Shown: positions 24,801-39,400 of the stretch, piece after piece
How positions within the stretch are numbered: the stretch's first letter is position 1
Layout of the letters: each line of letters begins with the position of its first letter
NCBI GenBank assembly: GCA_964057225.1
Contig: OZ059896.1
Location: forward strand, 2,480,001 to 2,544,000
From: Auanema rhodensis
Lineage: Eukaryota; Animalia; Nematoda
Reading direction: 5' to 3'
DNA length: 64,000 bases
The notes under the pieces: model-generated
What the model was told of the DNA's origin: nothing
Databases searched by the model: none
The model's input: only the letters and a program-made list of their open reading frames with translations
Translations under genes and position numbers: made by a program

Positions 24801-27453
24801 GCATAAATTAAAGTTCACGTAAATTTCAAAGTCATGGTTACCATGCACCAATATCAATAAAATTTTGTTTTTAGACTAATATGGACATGGGGAATCTAAT
24901 TTTGAAAACCGCATCTCTTTATCTTTCACGTGAAGCGAGTTACATACCAAGTGCACATCACGTGTACATTTAATTAGCATAAATTAAAGTTCACGTAAAT
25001 TTCAAAGTCATGATTACCATGAACCAATATCAATAAAAATTTGTTTTTAGACTAATATGGACATGGGGAATCTAATTTTGAAAACCGCATCTCTTTATCT
25101 TTCACGTGAAGCGAGTTACATACCAAGTGCACATCACGTGTACATTTAATTAGCATAAATTAAAGTTCACGTAAATTTCAAACTCATGGTTACCATGAAC
25201 CAATATCAATAAAAATTTGTTTTTAGACTAATATGGACATGGAGAATCTAATTATGAAAACCGCATCTCTTTATCTTTCACGTGAAGCGAGTTACATACC
25301 AAGTGCACATCACGTGTACATTTAATTAGCATAAATTAAAGTTCACGTAAATTTCAAAGTCATGGTTACCATGCACCAATATCAATAAAATTTTGTTTTT
25401 AGACTAATATGGATATGGGGAATCTAATTTTGAAAACCGCATCTCTTTATTTTTCACGTGAAGCGAGTTACATACCAAGTGCACATCACGTGTACATTTA
25501 ATTAGCATAAATTAAAGTTCACGTAAATTTCAAACTCATGGTTACCATGCACCAATATCAATAAAAATTTGTTTTTAGACTAATATGGACATGAGAAATC
25601 TAATTTTGAAAACCGCATCTCTTTATCTTCCACGTGAAGCGAGTTACATACCAAGTGCACATCACGTGTACATTTAATTAGCATAAATTAAAGTTCACGT
25701 AAATTTCAAAGTCATGGTTACCATGCACCAATATCAATAAAATTTTGTTTTTGGACTAATATGGATATGGGGAATCTAATTTTGAAAACCGCATCTCTTT
25801 ATTTTTCACGTGAAGCGAGTTACATACCAAGTGCACATCACGTGTACATTTAATTAGCATAAATTAAAGTTCACGTAAATTTCAAACTCATGGTTACCAT
25901 GCACCAATATCAATAAAAATTTGTTTTTAGACTAATATGGACATGAGGAATCTAATTTTGAAAACCGCATCTCTTTATCTTCCACGTGAAGCGAGTTACA
26001 TACCAAGTGCACATCACGTGTACATTTAATTAGCATAAATTAAAGTTCACGTAATTTTCAAAGTCATGGTTACCATGAACCAATATCAATAAAAATTTGT
26101 TTTTAGACTAATATGGACATGGGGAATCTAATTTTGAAAACCGCATCTATTTATCTTTCACGCGAAGCGAGTTACATACCAAGTGCACATCACGTGTACA
26201 TTTAATTAGCATAAAGTAAAGTTCACGTAAATTTCAAAGTCATGGTTACCATGAACCAATATCAATAAAAATTTGTTTTTAGACTCATATGGACATGGGG
26301 AATCTAATTTTGAAAACCGCATCTCTTTATCTTTCACGTGAGGCGAGTTACATACCAAGTGCACATCACGTGTACATTTAATTAGCATAAGTTAAAGTTC
26401 ACGTAAATTTCAAAGTCATGGTTACCATGCACCAATATCAATAAAAATTTGTTTTTAGACTAATATGGACATGGGGAATCTAATTTTGAAAACCGCATCT
26501 CTTTATCTTTCACGTGAAGCGAGTTACATACCAAGTGCACATCACGTGTACATTTAATTAGCATAAATTAAAGTTCACGTAAATTTCAAACTCATGGTTA
26601 CCATGCACCAATATCAATAAAAATTTGTTTTTAGACTAATATGGACATGGAGAATCTAATTTTGAAAACCGCATCTCTTTATCTTTCACGTGAAGCGAGT
26701 TACATACCAAGTGCACATCACGTGTACATTTAATTAGCATAAATTAAAGTTCACGTAAATTTCAAAGTCATGGTTACCATGCACCAATATCAATAAAATT
26801 TTGTTTTTAGACTAATATGGACATGGGGAATCTAATTTTGAAAACCGCATCTCTTTATCTTTCACGTGAAGCGAGTTACATACCAAGTGCACATCACGTG
26901 TACATTTAATTAGCATAAATTAAAGTTCACGTAAATTTCAAACTCATGGTTACCATGCACCAATATCAATAAAAATTTGTTTTTAGACTAATATGGACAT
27001 GGAGAATCTAATTTTGAAAACCGCATCTCTTTATCTTTCACGTGAAGCGAGTTACATACCAAGTGCACATCACGTGTACATTTAATTAGCATAAATTAAA
27101 GTTCACGTAAATTTCAAACTCATGGTTACCATGCACCAATATCAATAAAAATTTGTTTTTAGACTAATATGGACATGGAGAATCTAATTTTGAAAACCGC
27201 ATCTCTTTATCTTTCACGTGAAGCGAGTTACATACCAAGTGCACATCACGTGTACATTTAATTAGCATAAATTAAAGTTCACGTAAATTTCAAAGTCATG
27301 GTTACCATGCACCAATATCAATAAAATTTTGTTTTTAGACTAATATGGACATGGGGAATCTAATTTTGAAAACCGCATCTCTTTATCTTTCACGTGAAGC
27401 GAGTTACATACCAAGTGCACATCACGTGTACATTTAATTAGCATAAATTAAAG
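18831..27453. repeat. 13/13/14-mer HOR series in the 176-bp array
   Basis: The cassette CACGCGAAG-AAAGTAAAG-GACTCATATG-GAGGCGAG marks the ORFs at 19167, 21454, 23742 and 26206 (spacings 2287, 2288, 2464). TTTTGGACT has GG at 23289 and 25753 (2464 = 14x176). Confidence 0.88.
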
Positions 27454-28509
27454 TTCACGTAAATTTCAAACTCATGGTTACCATGCACCAATATCAATAA
27501 AAATTTGTTTTTAGACTAATATGGACATGGAGAATCTAATTTTGAAAACCGCATCTCTTTATCTTTCACGTGAAGCGAGTTACATACCAAGTGCACATCA
27601 CGTGTACATTTAATTAGCATAAATTAAAGTTCACGTAAATTTCAAACTCATGGTTACCATGCACCAATATCAATAAAAATTTGTTTTTAGACTAATATGG
27701 ACATGGAGAATCTATTTTTAAAAACCGCATCTCTTTATCTTTCACGTGAAGCGAGTTACATACCAAGTGCACATCACGTGTACATTTAATTAGCATAAAT
27801 TAAAGTTCACGTAAATTTCAAACTCATGGTTACCATGCACCAATATCAATAAAAATTTGTTTTTAGACTAATATGGACATGGAAAATCTAATTTTGAAAA
27901 CCGCATCTCTTTATCTTTCACGTGAAGCGAGTTACATACCAAGTGCACATCACGTGTACATTTAATTAGCATAAATTAAAGTTCACGTAAATTTCAAACT
28001 CATGGTTACCATGCACCAATATCAATAAAAATTTGTTTTTAGACTAATATGGACATGAGGAATCTATATTTGAAAAACGCATCTCTTTATCGTTCACGTG
28101 AAGCGAGTTACATACCAAGTGCACATCACGTGTACATTTAATTAGCATAAATCAAAGTTCACGTAAATTTCAAAGTCATGGTTACCATGCACCAATATCA
28201 ATAAAAATTTGTTTTTAGACTAATATGGACATGGGGAATCTAATTTTGAAAACCGCATCTCTTTATCTTTCACGTGAAGCGAGTTACATACCAAGTGCAC
28301 ATCACGTGTACATTTAATTAGCATAAATTAAAGTTCACGTAAATTTCAAAGTCATGGTTACCATGCACCAATATCAATAAAAATTTGTTTTTAGACTAAT
28401 ATGGACATGGGGAATCTAATTTTGAAAACCGCATCTCTTTATCTTTCACGTGAAGCGAGTTACATACCAAGTGCACATCACGTGTACATTTAATTAGCAT
28501 AAATTAAAG

Positions 28510-31500
28510 TTCACTTAAATTTGAAAGTCATGGTTACCATGCACCAATATCAATAAAATTTTGTTTTTAGACTAATATGGACATGGGGAATCTAATTTTG
28601 AAAACCGCATCTCTTTATCTTTCACGTGAAGCGAGTTACATACCAAGTGCACATCCCGTGTACATTTAATTAGCATAAATTAAAGTTCACGTAAATTTCA
28701 AACTCATGGTTACCATGCACCAATATCAATAAAAATTTGTTTTTAGACTAATATGGACATGGGGAATCTATATTTGAAAAACGCATCTCTTTATCTTTCA
28801 CGTGAAGCGAGTTACATACCAAGTGCACATCACGTGTACATTTAATTAGCATAAATCAAAGTTCACGTAAATTTCAAAGTCATGGTTACCATGCACCAAT
28901 ATCAATAAAATTTTGTTTTTAGACTAATATGGACATGGGGAATCTAATTTTGAAAACCGCATCTCTTTATTTTTCACGTGAAGCGAGTTACATACCAAGT
29001 GCACATCACGTGTACATTTAATTAGCATAAATTAAAGTTCACGTAAATTTCAAACTCATGGTTACCATGCACCAATATCAATAAAAATTTGTTTTTAGAC
29101 TAATATGTACATGGAGAATCTAATTTTAAAAACCGCATCTCTTTATCTTTCACGTGAAGCGAGTTACATACCAAGTGCACATCACGTGTACATTTAATTA
29201 GCATAAATTAAAGTTCACGTAAATTTCAAAGTCATGGTTACCATGCACCAATATCAATAAAATTTTGTTTTTAGACTAATATGGACATGGGGAATCTAAT
29301 TTTGAAAACCGCATCTCTTTATCTTTCATGTGAAGCGAGTTACATACCAAGTGCACATCACGTGTACATTTAATTAGCATAAATTAAAGTTCACGTAAAT
29401 TTCAAACTCATGGTTACCATGCACCAATATCAATAAAAACTTGTTTTTAGACTAATATGGACATGGAGAATCTAATTTTGAAAACCGCATCTCTTTATCT
29501 TTCACGTGAAGCGAGTTACATACCAAGTGCACATCACGTGTACATTTAATTAGCATAAATTAAAGTTCACGTAAATTTCAAACTCATGGTTACCATGCAC
29601 CAATATCAATAAAAATTTGTTTTTAGAGTAATATGGACATGGAGAATCTATTTTTAAAAACCGCATCTCTTTATCTTTCACGTGAAGCGAGTTACATACC
29701 AAGTGCACATCACGTGTACATTTAATTAGCATAAATTAAAGTTCACGTAAATTTCAAACTCATGGTTACCATGCACCAATATCAATAAAATTTTGTTTTT
29801 AGACTAATATGGACATGGGGAATCTAATTTTGAAAACCGCATCTCTTTATCTTTCACGTGAAGCGAGTTACATACCAAGTGCACATCCCGTGTACATTTA
29901 ATTAGCATAAATTAAAGTTCACGTAAATTTCAAACTCATGGTTACCATGCACCAATATCAATAAAAATTTGTTTTTAGACTAATATGGACATGGGGAATC
30001 TATATTTGAAAAACGCATCTCTTTATCTTTCACGTGAAGCGAGTTACATACCAAGTGCACATCACGTGTACATTTAATTAGCATAAATCAAAGTTCACGT
30101 AAATTTCAAAGTCATGGTTACCATGCACCAATATCAATAAAATTTTGTTTTTAGACTAATATGGACATGGGGAATCTAATTATGAAAACCGCATCTCTTT
30201 ATCTTTCACGTGAAGCGAGTTACATACCAAGTGCACATCACGTGTACATTTAATTAGCATAAATTAAAGTTCACGTAAATTTCAAAGTCATGGTTACCAT
30301 GCACCAATATCAATAAAATTTTGTTTTTAGACTAATATGGACATGGGGAATCTAATTTTGAAAACCGCATCTCTTTATTTTTCACGTGAAGCGAGTTACA
30401 TACCAAGTGCACATCACGTGTACATTTAATTAGCATAAATTAAAGTTCACGTAAATTTCAAACTCATGGTTACCATGCACCAATATCAATAAAAATTTGT
30501 TTTTAGACTAATATGGACATGGAGAATCTAATTTTAAAAACCGCATCTCTTTATCTTTCACGTGAAGCGAGTTACATACCAAGTGCACATCACGTGTACA
30601 TTTAATTAGCATAAATTAAAGTTCACGTAAATTTCAAAGTCATGGTTACCATGCACCAATATCAATAAAATTTTGTTTTTAGACTAATATGGACATGGGG
30701 AATCTAATTTTGAAAACCGCATCTCTTTATCTTTCACGTGAAGCGAGTTACATACCAAGTGCACATCACGTGTACATTTAATTAGCATAAATTAAAGTTC
30801 ACGTAAATTTCAAACTCATGGTTACCATGCACCAATATCAATAAAAATTTGTTTTTAGACTAATATGGACATGGAGAATCTAATTTTGAAAACCGCATCT
30901 CTTTATCTTTCACGTGAAGCGAGTTACATACCAAGTGCACATCACGTGTACATTTAATTAGCATAAATTAAAGTTCACGTAAAATTCAAACTCATGGTTA
31001 CCACGCACCAATATCAATAAAAATTTGTTTTTAGAGTAATATGGACATGGAGAATCTATTTTTAAAAACCGCATCTCTTTATCTTTCACGTGAAGCGAGT
31101 TACATACCAAGTGCACATCACGTGTACATTTAATTAGCATAAATTAAAGTTCACGTAAATTTCAAACTCATGGTTACCATGCACCAATATCAATAAAATT
31201 TTGTTTTTAGACTAATATGGACATAGGGAATCTAATTTTGAAAACCGCATCTCTTTATCTTTCACGTGAAGCGAGTTACATACCAAGTGCACATCCCGTG
31301 TACATTTAATTAGCATAAATTAAAGTTCACGTAAATTTCAAACTTATGGTTACCATGCACCAATATCAATAAAAATTTGTTTTTAGACTAATATGGACAT
31401 GGGGAATCTATATTTGAAAAACGCATCTCTTTATCTTTCACGTGAAGCGAGTTACATACCAAGTGCACATCACGTGTACATTTAATTAGCATAAATCAAA

Positions 31501-31853
31501 GTTCACGTAAATTTCAAAGTCATGGTTACCATGCACCAATATCAATAAAATTTTGTTTTTAGACTAATATGGACATGGGGAATCTAATTTTGAAAACCGC
31601 ATCTCTTTATTTTTCACGTGAAGCGAGTTACATACCAAGTGCACATCACGTGTACATTTAATTAGCATAAATTAAAGTTCACGTAAATTTCAAACTCATG
31701 GTTACCATGCACCAATATCAATAAAAATTTGTTTTTAGACTAATATGGACATGGAGAATCTAATTTTAAAAACCGCATCTCTTTATCTTTCACGTGAAGC
31801 GAGTTACATACCAAGTGCACATCACGTGTACATTTAATTAGCATAAATTAAAG
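28510..31853. repeat. 7/8-mer HOR series in the 176-bp array
   Basis: ACATCCCGTG at 28651, 29883 and 31291 (1232 = 7x176; 1408 = 8x176). The AGAGTAAT ORF monomers at 29550 and 30958 are 1408 apart. Confidence 0.85.
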
Positions 31854-32381
31854 TTCACGTAAATTTCAAAGTCATGGTTACCATGCACCAATATCAATAA
31901 AAATTTGTTTTTAGACTAATATGGACATGGAGAATCTAATTTTGAAAACCGCATCTCTTTATCTTTCACGTGAAGCGAGTTACATACCAAGTGCACATCA
32001 CGTGTACATTTAATTAGCATAAATTAAAGTTCACGTAAATTTCAAACTCATGGTTACCATGCACCAATATCAATAAAAATTTGTTTTTAGACTAATATGG
32101 ACATGGAGAATCTATTTTTAAAAACCGCATCTCTTTATCTTTCACGTGAAGCGAGTTACATACCAAGTGCACATCACGTGTACATTTAATTAGCATAAAT
32201 TAAAGTTCACGTAAATTTCAAACTCATGGTTACCATGCACCAATATCAATAGAAATTTGTTTTTAGACTAATATGGACATGGAGAATCTAATTTTGAAAA
32301 CCGCATCTCTTTATCTTTCACGTGAAGCGAGTTACATACCAAGTGCACATCACGTGTACATTTAATTAGCATAAATTAAAG

Positions 32382-35300
32382 TTCACGTAAATTTCAAAGT
32401 CATGGTTACCATGCACCAATATCAATAATATTTTGTTTTTAGACTAATATGGACATTAGGAATCTAATTTTGAAAACCGCATCTCTTTATCTTTCACGTG
32501 AAGCGAGTTACATACCAAGTGCACATCACGTGTACATTTAATTAGCATAAATTAAAGTTCACGTAAATTTCAAACTCATGGTTACCATGCACCAATATCA
32601 ATAAAAATTTGTTTTTAGACTAATATGGACATGGAGAATCTAATTTTGAAAACCGCATCTCTTTATCTTTCACGTGAAGCGAGTTACATACCAAGTGCAC
32701 ATCACGTGTACATTTAATTAGCATAAATTAAAGTTCACGTAAATTTCAAACTCATGGTTACCATGCACCAATATCAATAAAAATTTGTTTTTAGACTAAT
32801 ATGGACATGGAGAATCTATTTTTAAAAACCGCATCTCTTTATCTTTCACGTGAAGCGAGTTACATACCAAGTGCACATCACGTGTACATTTAATTAGCAT
32901 AAATTAAAGTTCACGTAAATTTCAAACTCATGGTTACCATGCACCAATATCAATAAAAATTTGATTTTAGACTAATATGGACATGGAGAATCTAATTTTG
33001 AAAACCGCATCTCTTTATCTTTCACGTGAAGCGAGTTACATACCAAGTGCACATCACGTGTACTTTTAATTAGCATAAATTAAAGTTCACGTAAATTTCA
33101 AACTCATGGTTACCATGCACCAATATCAATAAAAATTTGTTTTTAGACTAATATGGACATGGGGAATCTAATTTTGAAAACCGCATCTCTTATCTTCCAC
33201 GTGAAGCGAGTTACATACCAAGTGCACATCACGTGTACATTTAATTAGCATAAATTAAAGTTCACGTAAATTTCAAAGTCATGGTTACCATGCACCAATA
33301 TCAATAAAAATTTGTTTTTAGACTAATATGGACATGGAGAATCTAATTTTGAAAACCGCATCTCTTTATCTTTCACGTGAAGCGAGTTACATACCAAGTG
33401 CACATCACGTGTACATTTAATTAGCATAAATTAAAGTTCACGTAAATTTCAAACTCATGGTTACCATGCACCAATATCAATAAAAATTTGTTTTTAGACT
33501 AATATGGACATGGAGAATCTATTTTTAAAAACCGCATCTCTTTATCTTTCACGTGAAGCGAGTTACATACCAAGTGCACATCACGTGTACATTTAATTAG
33601 CATAAATTAAAGTTCACGTAAATTTCAAACTCATGGTTACCATGCACCAATATCAATAAAAATTTGTTTTTAGACTAATATGGACATGGAGAATCTAATT
33701 TTGAAAACCGCATCTCTTTATCTTTCACGTGAAGCGAGTTACATACCAAGTGCACAACACGTGTACTTTTAATTAGCATAAATTAAAGTTCACGTAAATT
33801 TCAAACTCATGGTTACCATGCACCAATATCAATAAAAATTTGTTTTTAGACTAATATGGACATGGGGAATCTAATTTTGAAAACCGCATCTATTTATCTT
33901 TCACGCGAAGCGAGTTACATACCAAGTGCACATCACGTGTACATTTAATTAGCATAAAGTAAAGTTCACGTAAATTTCAAAGTCATGGTTACCATGAACC
34001 AATATCAATAAAAATTTGTTTTTAGACTAATATGGACATGGAGAATCTAATTTTGAAAACCGCATCTCTTTATCTTTCACGTGAAGCGAGTTACATACCA
34101 AGTGCACATCACGTGTACATTTAATTAGCATAAATTAAAGTTCACGTAAATTTCAAACTCATGGTTACCATGCACCAATATCAATAAAAATTTGTTTTTA
34201 GACTAATATGGACATGGGGAATCTATTTTTAAAAACCGCATCTCTTTATCTTTCACGTGAAGCGAGTTACATACCAAGTGCACATCACGTGTACATTTAA
34301 TTAGCATAAATTAAAGTTCACGTAAATTTCAAACTCATGGTTACCATGCACCAATATCAATAGAAATTTGTTTTTAGACTAATATGGACATGGAGAATCT
34401 AATTTTGAAAACCGCATCTCTTTATCTTTCACGTGAAGCGAGTTACATACCAAGTGCACATCACGTGTACATTTAATTAGCATAAATTAAAGTTCACGTA
34501 AATTTCAAACTCATGGTTACCATGCACCAATATCAATAAAATTTTGTTTTTAGACTAATATGGACATGGGGAATCTAATTTTGAAAACCGCATCTCTTTA
34601 TCTTTCACGTGAAGCGAGTTACATACCAAGTGCACATCACGTGTACATTTAATTAGCATAAATTAAAGTTCACGTAAATTTCAAACTCATGGTTACCATG
34701 CACCAATATCAATAATATTTTGGTTTTAGACTAATATGGACATTAGGAATCTAATTTTGAAAACCGCATCTCTTTATCTTTCACGTGAAGCGAGTTACAT
34801 ACCAAGTGCACATCACGTGTACATTTAATTAGCATAAATTAAAGTTCACGTAAATTTCAAACTCATGGTTACCATGCACCAATATCAATAAAAATTTGTT
34901 TTTAGACTAATATGGACATGGAGAATCTAATTTTGAAAACCGCATCTCTTTATCTTTCACGTGAAGCGAGTTACATACCAAGTGCACATCACGTGTACAT
35001 TTAATTAGCATAAATTAAAGTTCACGTAAATTTCAAACTCATGGTTACCATGCACCAATATCAATAAAAATTTGTTTTTAGACTAATATGGACATGGAGA
35101 ATCTATTTTTAAAAACCGCATCTCTTTATCTTTCACGTGAAGCGAGTTACATACCAAGTGCACATCACGTGTACATTTAATTAGCATAAATTAAAGTTCA
35201 CGTAAATTTCAAACTCATGGTTACCATGCACCAATATCAATAAAAATTTGATTTTAGACTAATATGGACATGGAGAATCTAATTTTGAAAACCGCATCTC

Positions 35301-36428
35301 TTTATCTTTCACGTGAAGCGAGTTACATACCAAGTGCACATCACGTGTACTTTTAATTAGCATAAATTAAAGTTCACGTAAATTTCAAACTCATGGTTAC
35401 CATGCACCAATATCAATAAAAATTTGTTTTTAGACTAATATGGACATGGGGAATCTAATTTTGAAAACCGCATCTCTTATCTTCCACGTGAAGCGAGTTA
35501 CATACCAAGTGCACATCACGTGTACATTTAATTAGCATAAATTAAAGTTCACGTAAATTTCAAAGTCATGGTTACCATGCACCAATATCAATAAAAATTT
35601 GTTTTTAGACTAATATGGACATGGAGAATCTAATTTTGAAAACCGCATCTCTTTATCTTTCACGTGAAGCGAGTTACATACCAAGTGCACATCACGTGTA
35701 CATTTAATTAGCATAAATTAAAGTTCACGTAAATTTCAAACTCATGGTTACCATGCACCAATATCAATAAAAATTTGTTTTTAGACTAATATGGACATGG
35801 AGAATCTATTTTTAAAAACCGCATCTCTTTATCTTTCACGTGAAGCGAGTTACATACCAAGTGCACATCACGTGTACATTTAATTAGCATAAATTAAAGT
35901 TCACGTAAATTTCAAACTCATGGTTACCATGCACCAATATCAATAAAAATTTGTTTTTAGACTAATATGGACATGGAGAATCTAATTTTGAAAACCGCAT
36001 CTCTTTATCTTTCACGTGAAGCGAGTTACATACCAAGTGCACATCACGTGTACTTTTAATTAGCATAAATTAAAGTTCACCTAAATTTCAAACTCATGGT
36101 TACCATGCACCAATATCAATAAAAATTTGTTTTTAGACTAATATGGACATGGGGAATCTAATTTTGAAAACCGCATCTATTTATCTTTCACGCGAAGCGA
36201 GTTACATACCAAGTGCACATCACGTGTACATTTAATTAGCATAAAGTAAAGTTCACGTAAATTTCAAAGTCATGGTTACCATGAACCAATATCAATAAAA
36301 ATTTGTTTTTAGACTAATATGGACATGGAGAATCTAATTTTGAAAACCGCATCTCTTTATCTTTCACGTGAAGCGAGTTACATACCAAGTGCACATCACG
36401 TGTACATTTAATTAGCATAAATTAAAGT
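32382..36428. repeat. 13-mer HOR duplication (2287 bp)
   Basis: GGACATTAGG at 32451/34738, TTGATTTTAG at 32961/35248 and the deletion allele CCGCATCTCTTATCTTCC at 33181/35468 are all offset by 2287. Confidence 0.88.
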
Positions 36429-39400
36429 TCACGTAAATTTCAAACTCATGGTTACCATGCACCAATATCAATAAAAATTTGTTTTTAGACTAATATGGAC
36501 ATGGGGAATCTAATTTTGAAAACCGCATCTCTTTATCTTCCACGTGAAGCGAGTTACATACCAAGTGCACATCAAGTGTACATTTAATTAGCATAAATTA
36601 AAGTTCACGTAATTTTCAAAGTCATGGTTACCATGAACCAATATCAATGAATATTTGTTTTTAGACTAATATGGACATGGGGAATCTAATTTTGAAAACC
36701 GCATCTATTTATCTTTCACGCGAAGCGAGTTACATACCAAGTGCACATCACGTGTACATTTAATTAGCATAAAGTAAAGTTCACGTAAATTTCAAACTCA
36801 TGGTTACCATGCACCAATATCAATAAAAATTTGTTTTTAGACTAATATGGACATGGGGAATCTAATTTTGGAAAACGCATCTCTTTATCTTTCACGTGAA
36901 GCGAGTTACATACCAAGTGCACATCACGTGTACATTTAATTAGCATAAATTAAAGTTCACGTAAATTTCAAAGTCATGGTTACCATGCACCAATATCAAT
37001 AAAATTTTGTTTTTAGACTAATATGGACATGGGGAATCTAATCTTGAAAACCGCATCTCTTTATCTTTTACGTGAAGCGAGTTACAAACCAAGTGCACAT
37101 CACGTGTACATTTAATTAGCATAAATTAAAGTTCACGTAAATTTCAAACTCATGGTTACCATGCACCAATATCAATAAAAATTTGTTTTTAGACTAATAT
37201 GGACATGGAGAATCTAATTTTGAAAACCGCATCTCTTTATCTTTCACGTGAAGCGAGTTACATACCAAGTGCACATCACGTGTACATTTAATTAGCATAA
37301 ATTAAAGTTCACGTAAATTTCAAAGTCATGGTTACCATGCACCAAAATCAATAAAATTTTGTTTTTAGACTAATATGGACATGGGGAATCTAATTTTGAA
37401 AACCGCATCTCTTTATCTTTTACGTGAAGCGAGTTACATACCAAGTGCACATCACGTGTACATTTAATTAGCATAAATTAAAGTTCACGTAAATTTCAAA
37501 CTCATGGTTACCATGCACCAATATCAATAAAAATTTGTTTTTAGACTAATATGGACATGGAGAATCTAATTTTAAAAACCGCATCTCTTTATCTTTCACG
37601 TGAAGCGAGTTACATACCAAGTGCACATCACGTGTACATTTAATTAGCATAAATTAAAGTTCACGTAAATTTCAAAGTCATGGTTACCATGCACCAATAT
37701 CAATAAAATTTTGTTTTTAGACTAATATGGACATGGGGAATCTAATTTTGAAAACCGCATCTCTTTATCTTTCACGTGAAGCGAGTTACATACCAAGTGC
37801 ACATCACGTGTACATTTAATTAGCATAAATTAAAGTTCACGTAAATTTCAAACTCATGGTTACCATGCACCAATATCAATAAAAATTTGTTTTTAGACTA
37901 ATATGGACATGGAGAATCTAATTTTGAAAACCGCATCTCTTTATCTTTCACGTGAAGCGAGTTACAAACCAAGTGCACATCACGTGTACATTTAATTAGC
38001 ATAAATTAAAGTTCACGTAAATTTCAAACTCATGGTTACCATGCACCAATATCAATAAAAATTTGTTTTTAGACTAATATGGACATGGAGAATCTAATTT
38101 TGAAAACCACATCTCTTTATCTTTCACGTGAAGCGAGTTACATACCAAGTGCACATCACGTGTACATTTAATTAGCATAAATTAAAGTTCACGTAAATTT
38201 CAAAGTCATGGTTACCATGCACCAATATCAATAAAATTTTGTTTTTAGACTAATATGGACATGGGGAATCTAATTTTGAAAACCGCATCTCTTTATCTTT
38301 CACGTGAAGCGAGTTACATACCAAGTGCACATCACGTGTACATTTAATTAGCATAAATTAAAGTTCACGTAAATTTCAAACTCATGGTTACCATGCACCA
38401 ATATCAATAAAAATTTGTTTTTAGACTAATATGGACATGGAGAATCTAATTTTAAAAACCGCATCTCTTTATCTTTCACGTGAAGCGAGTTACATACCAA
38501 GTGCACATCACGTGTACATTTAATTAGCATAAATTAAAGTTCACGTAAATTTCAAAGTCATGGTTACCATGCACCAATATCAATAAAATTTTGTTTTTAG
38601 ACTAATATGGACATGGGGAATCTAATTTTGAAAACCGCATCTCTTTATCTTTCACGTGAAGCGAGTTACATACCAAGTGCACATCACGTGTACATTTAAT
38701 TAGCATAAATTAAAGTTCACGTAAATTTCAAAGTCATGGTTACCATGCACCAATATCAATAAAATTTTGTTTTTAGACTAATATGGACATGGAGAATCCA
38801 TTTTTAAAAACCGCATCTCTTATCTTCCACGTGAAGCGAGTTACATACCAAGTGCACATCACGTGTACATTTAATTAGCATAAATTAAAGTTCACGTAAT
38901 TTTCAAAGTCATGGTTACCATGAACCAATATCAATGAATATTTGTTTTTAGACTAATATGGACATGGGGAATCTAATTTTGAAAACCGCATCTATTTATC
39001 TTTCACGCGAAGCGAGTTACATACCAAATGCACATCACGTGTACATTTAATTAGCATAAAGTAAAGTTCACGTAAATTTCAAACTCATGGTTACCATGCA
39101 CCAATATCAATAAAAATTTGTTTTTAGACTAATATGGACATGGGGAATCTAATTTTGAAAAACGCATCTCTTTATCTTTCACGTGAAGCGAGTTACATAC
39201 CAAGTGCACATCACGTGTACATTTAATTAGCATAAATTAAAGTTCACGTAAATTTCAAAGTCATGGTTACCATGCACCAATATCAATAAAATTTTGTTTT
39301 TAGACTAATATGGTCATGGGGAATCTAATTTTGAAAACCGCATCTCTTTATCTTTCACGTGAAGCGAGTTACATACCAAGTGCACATCACGTGTACATTT

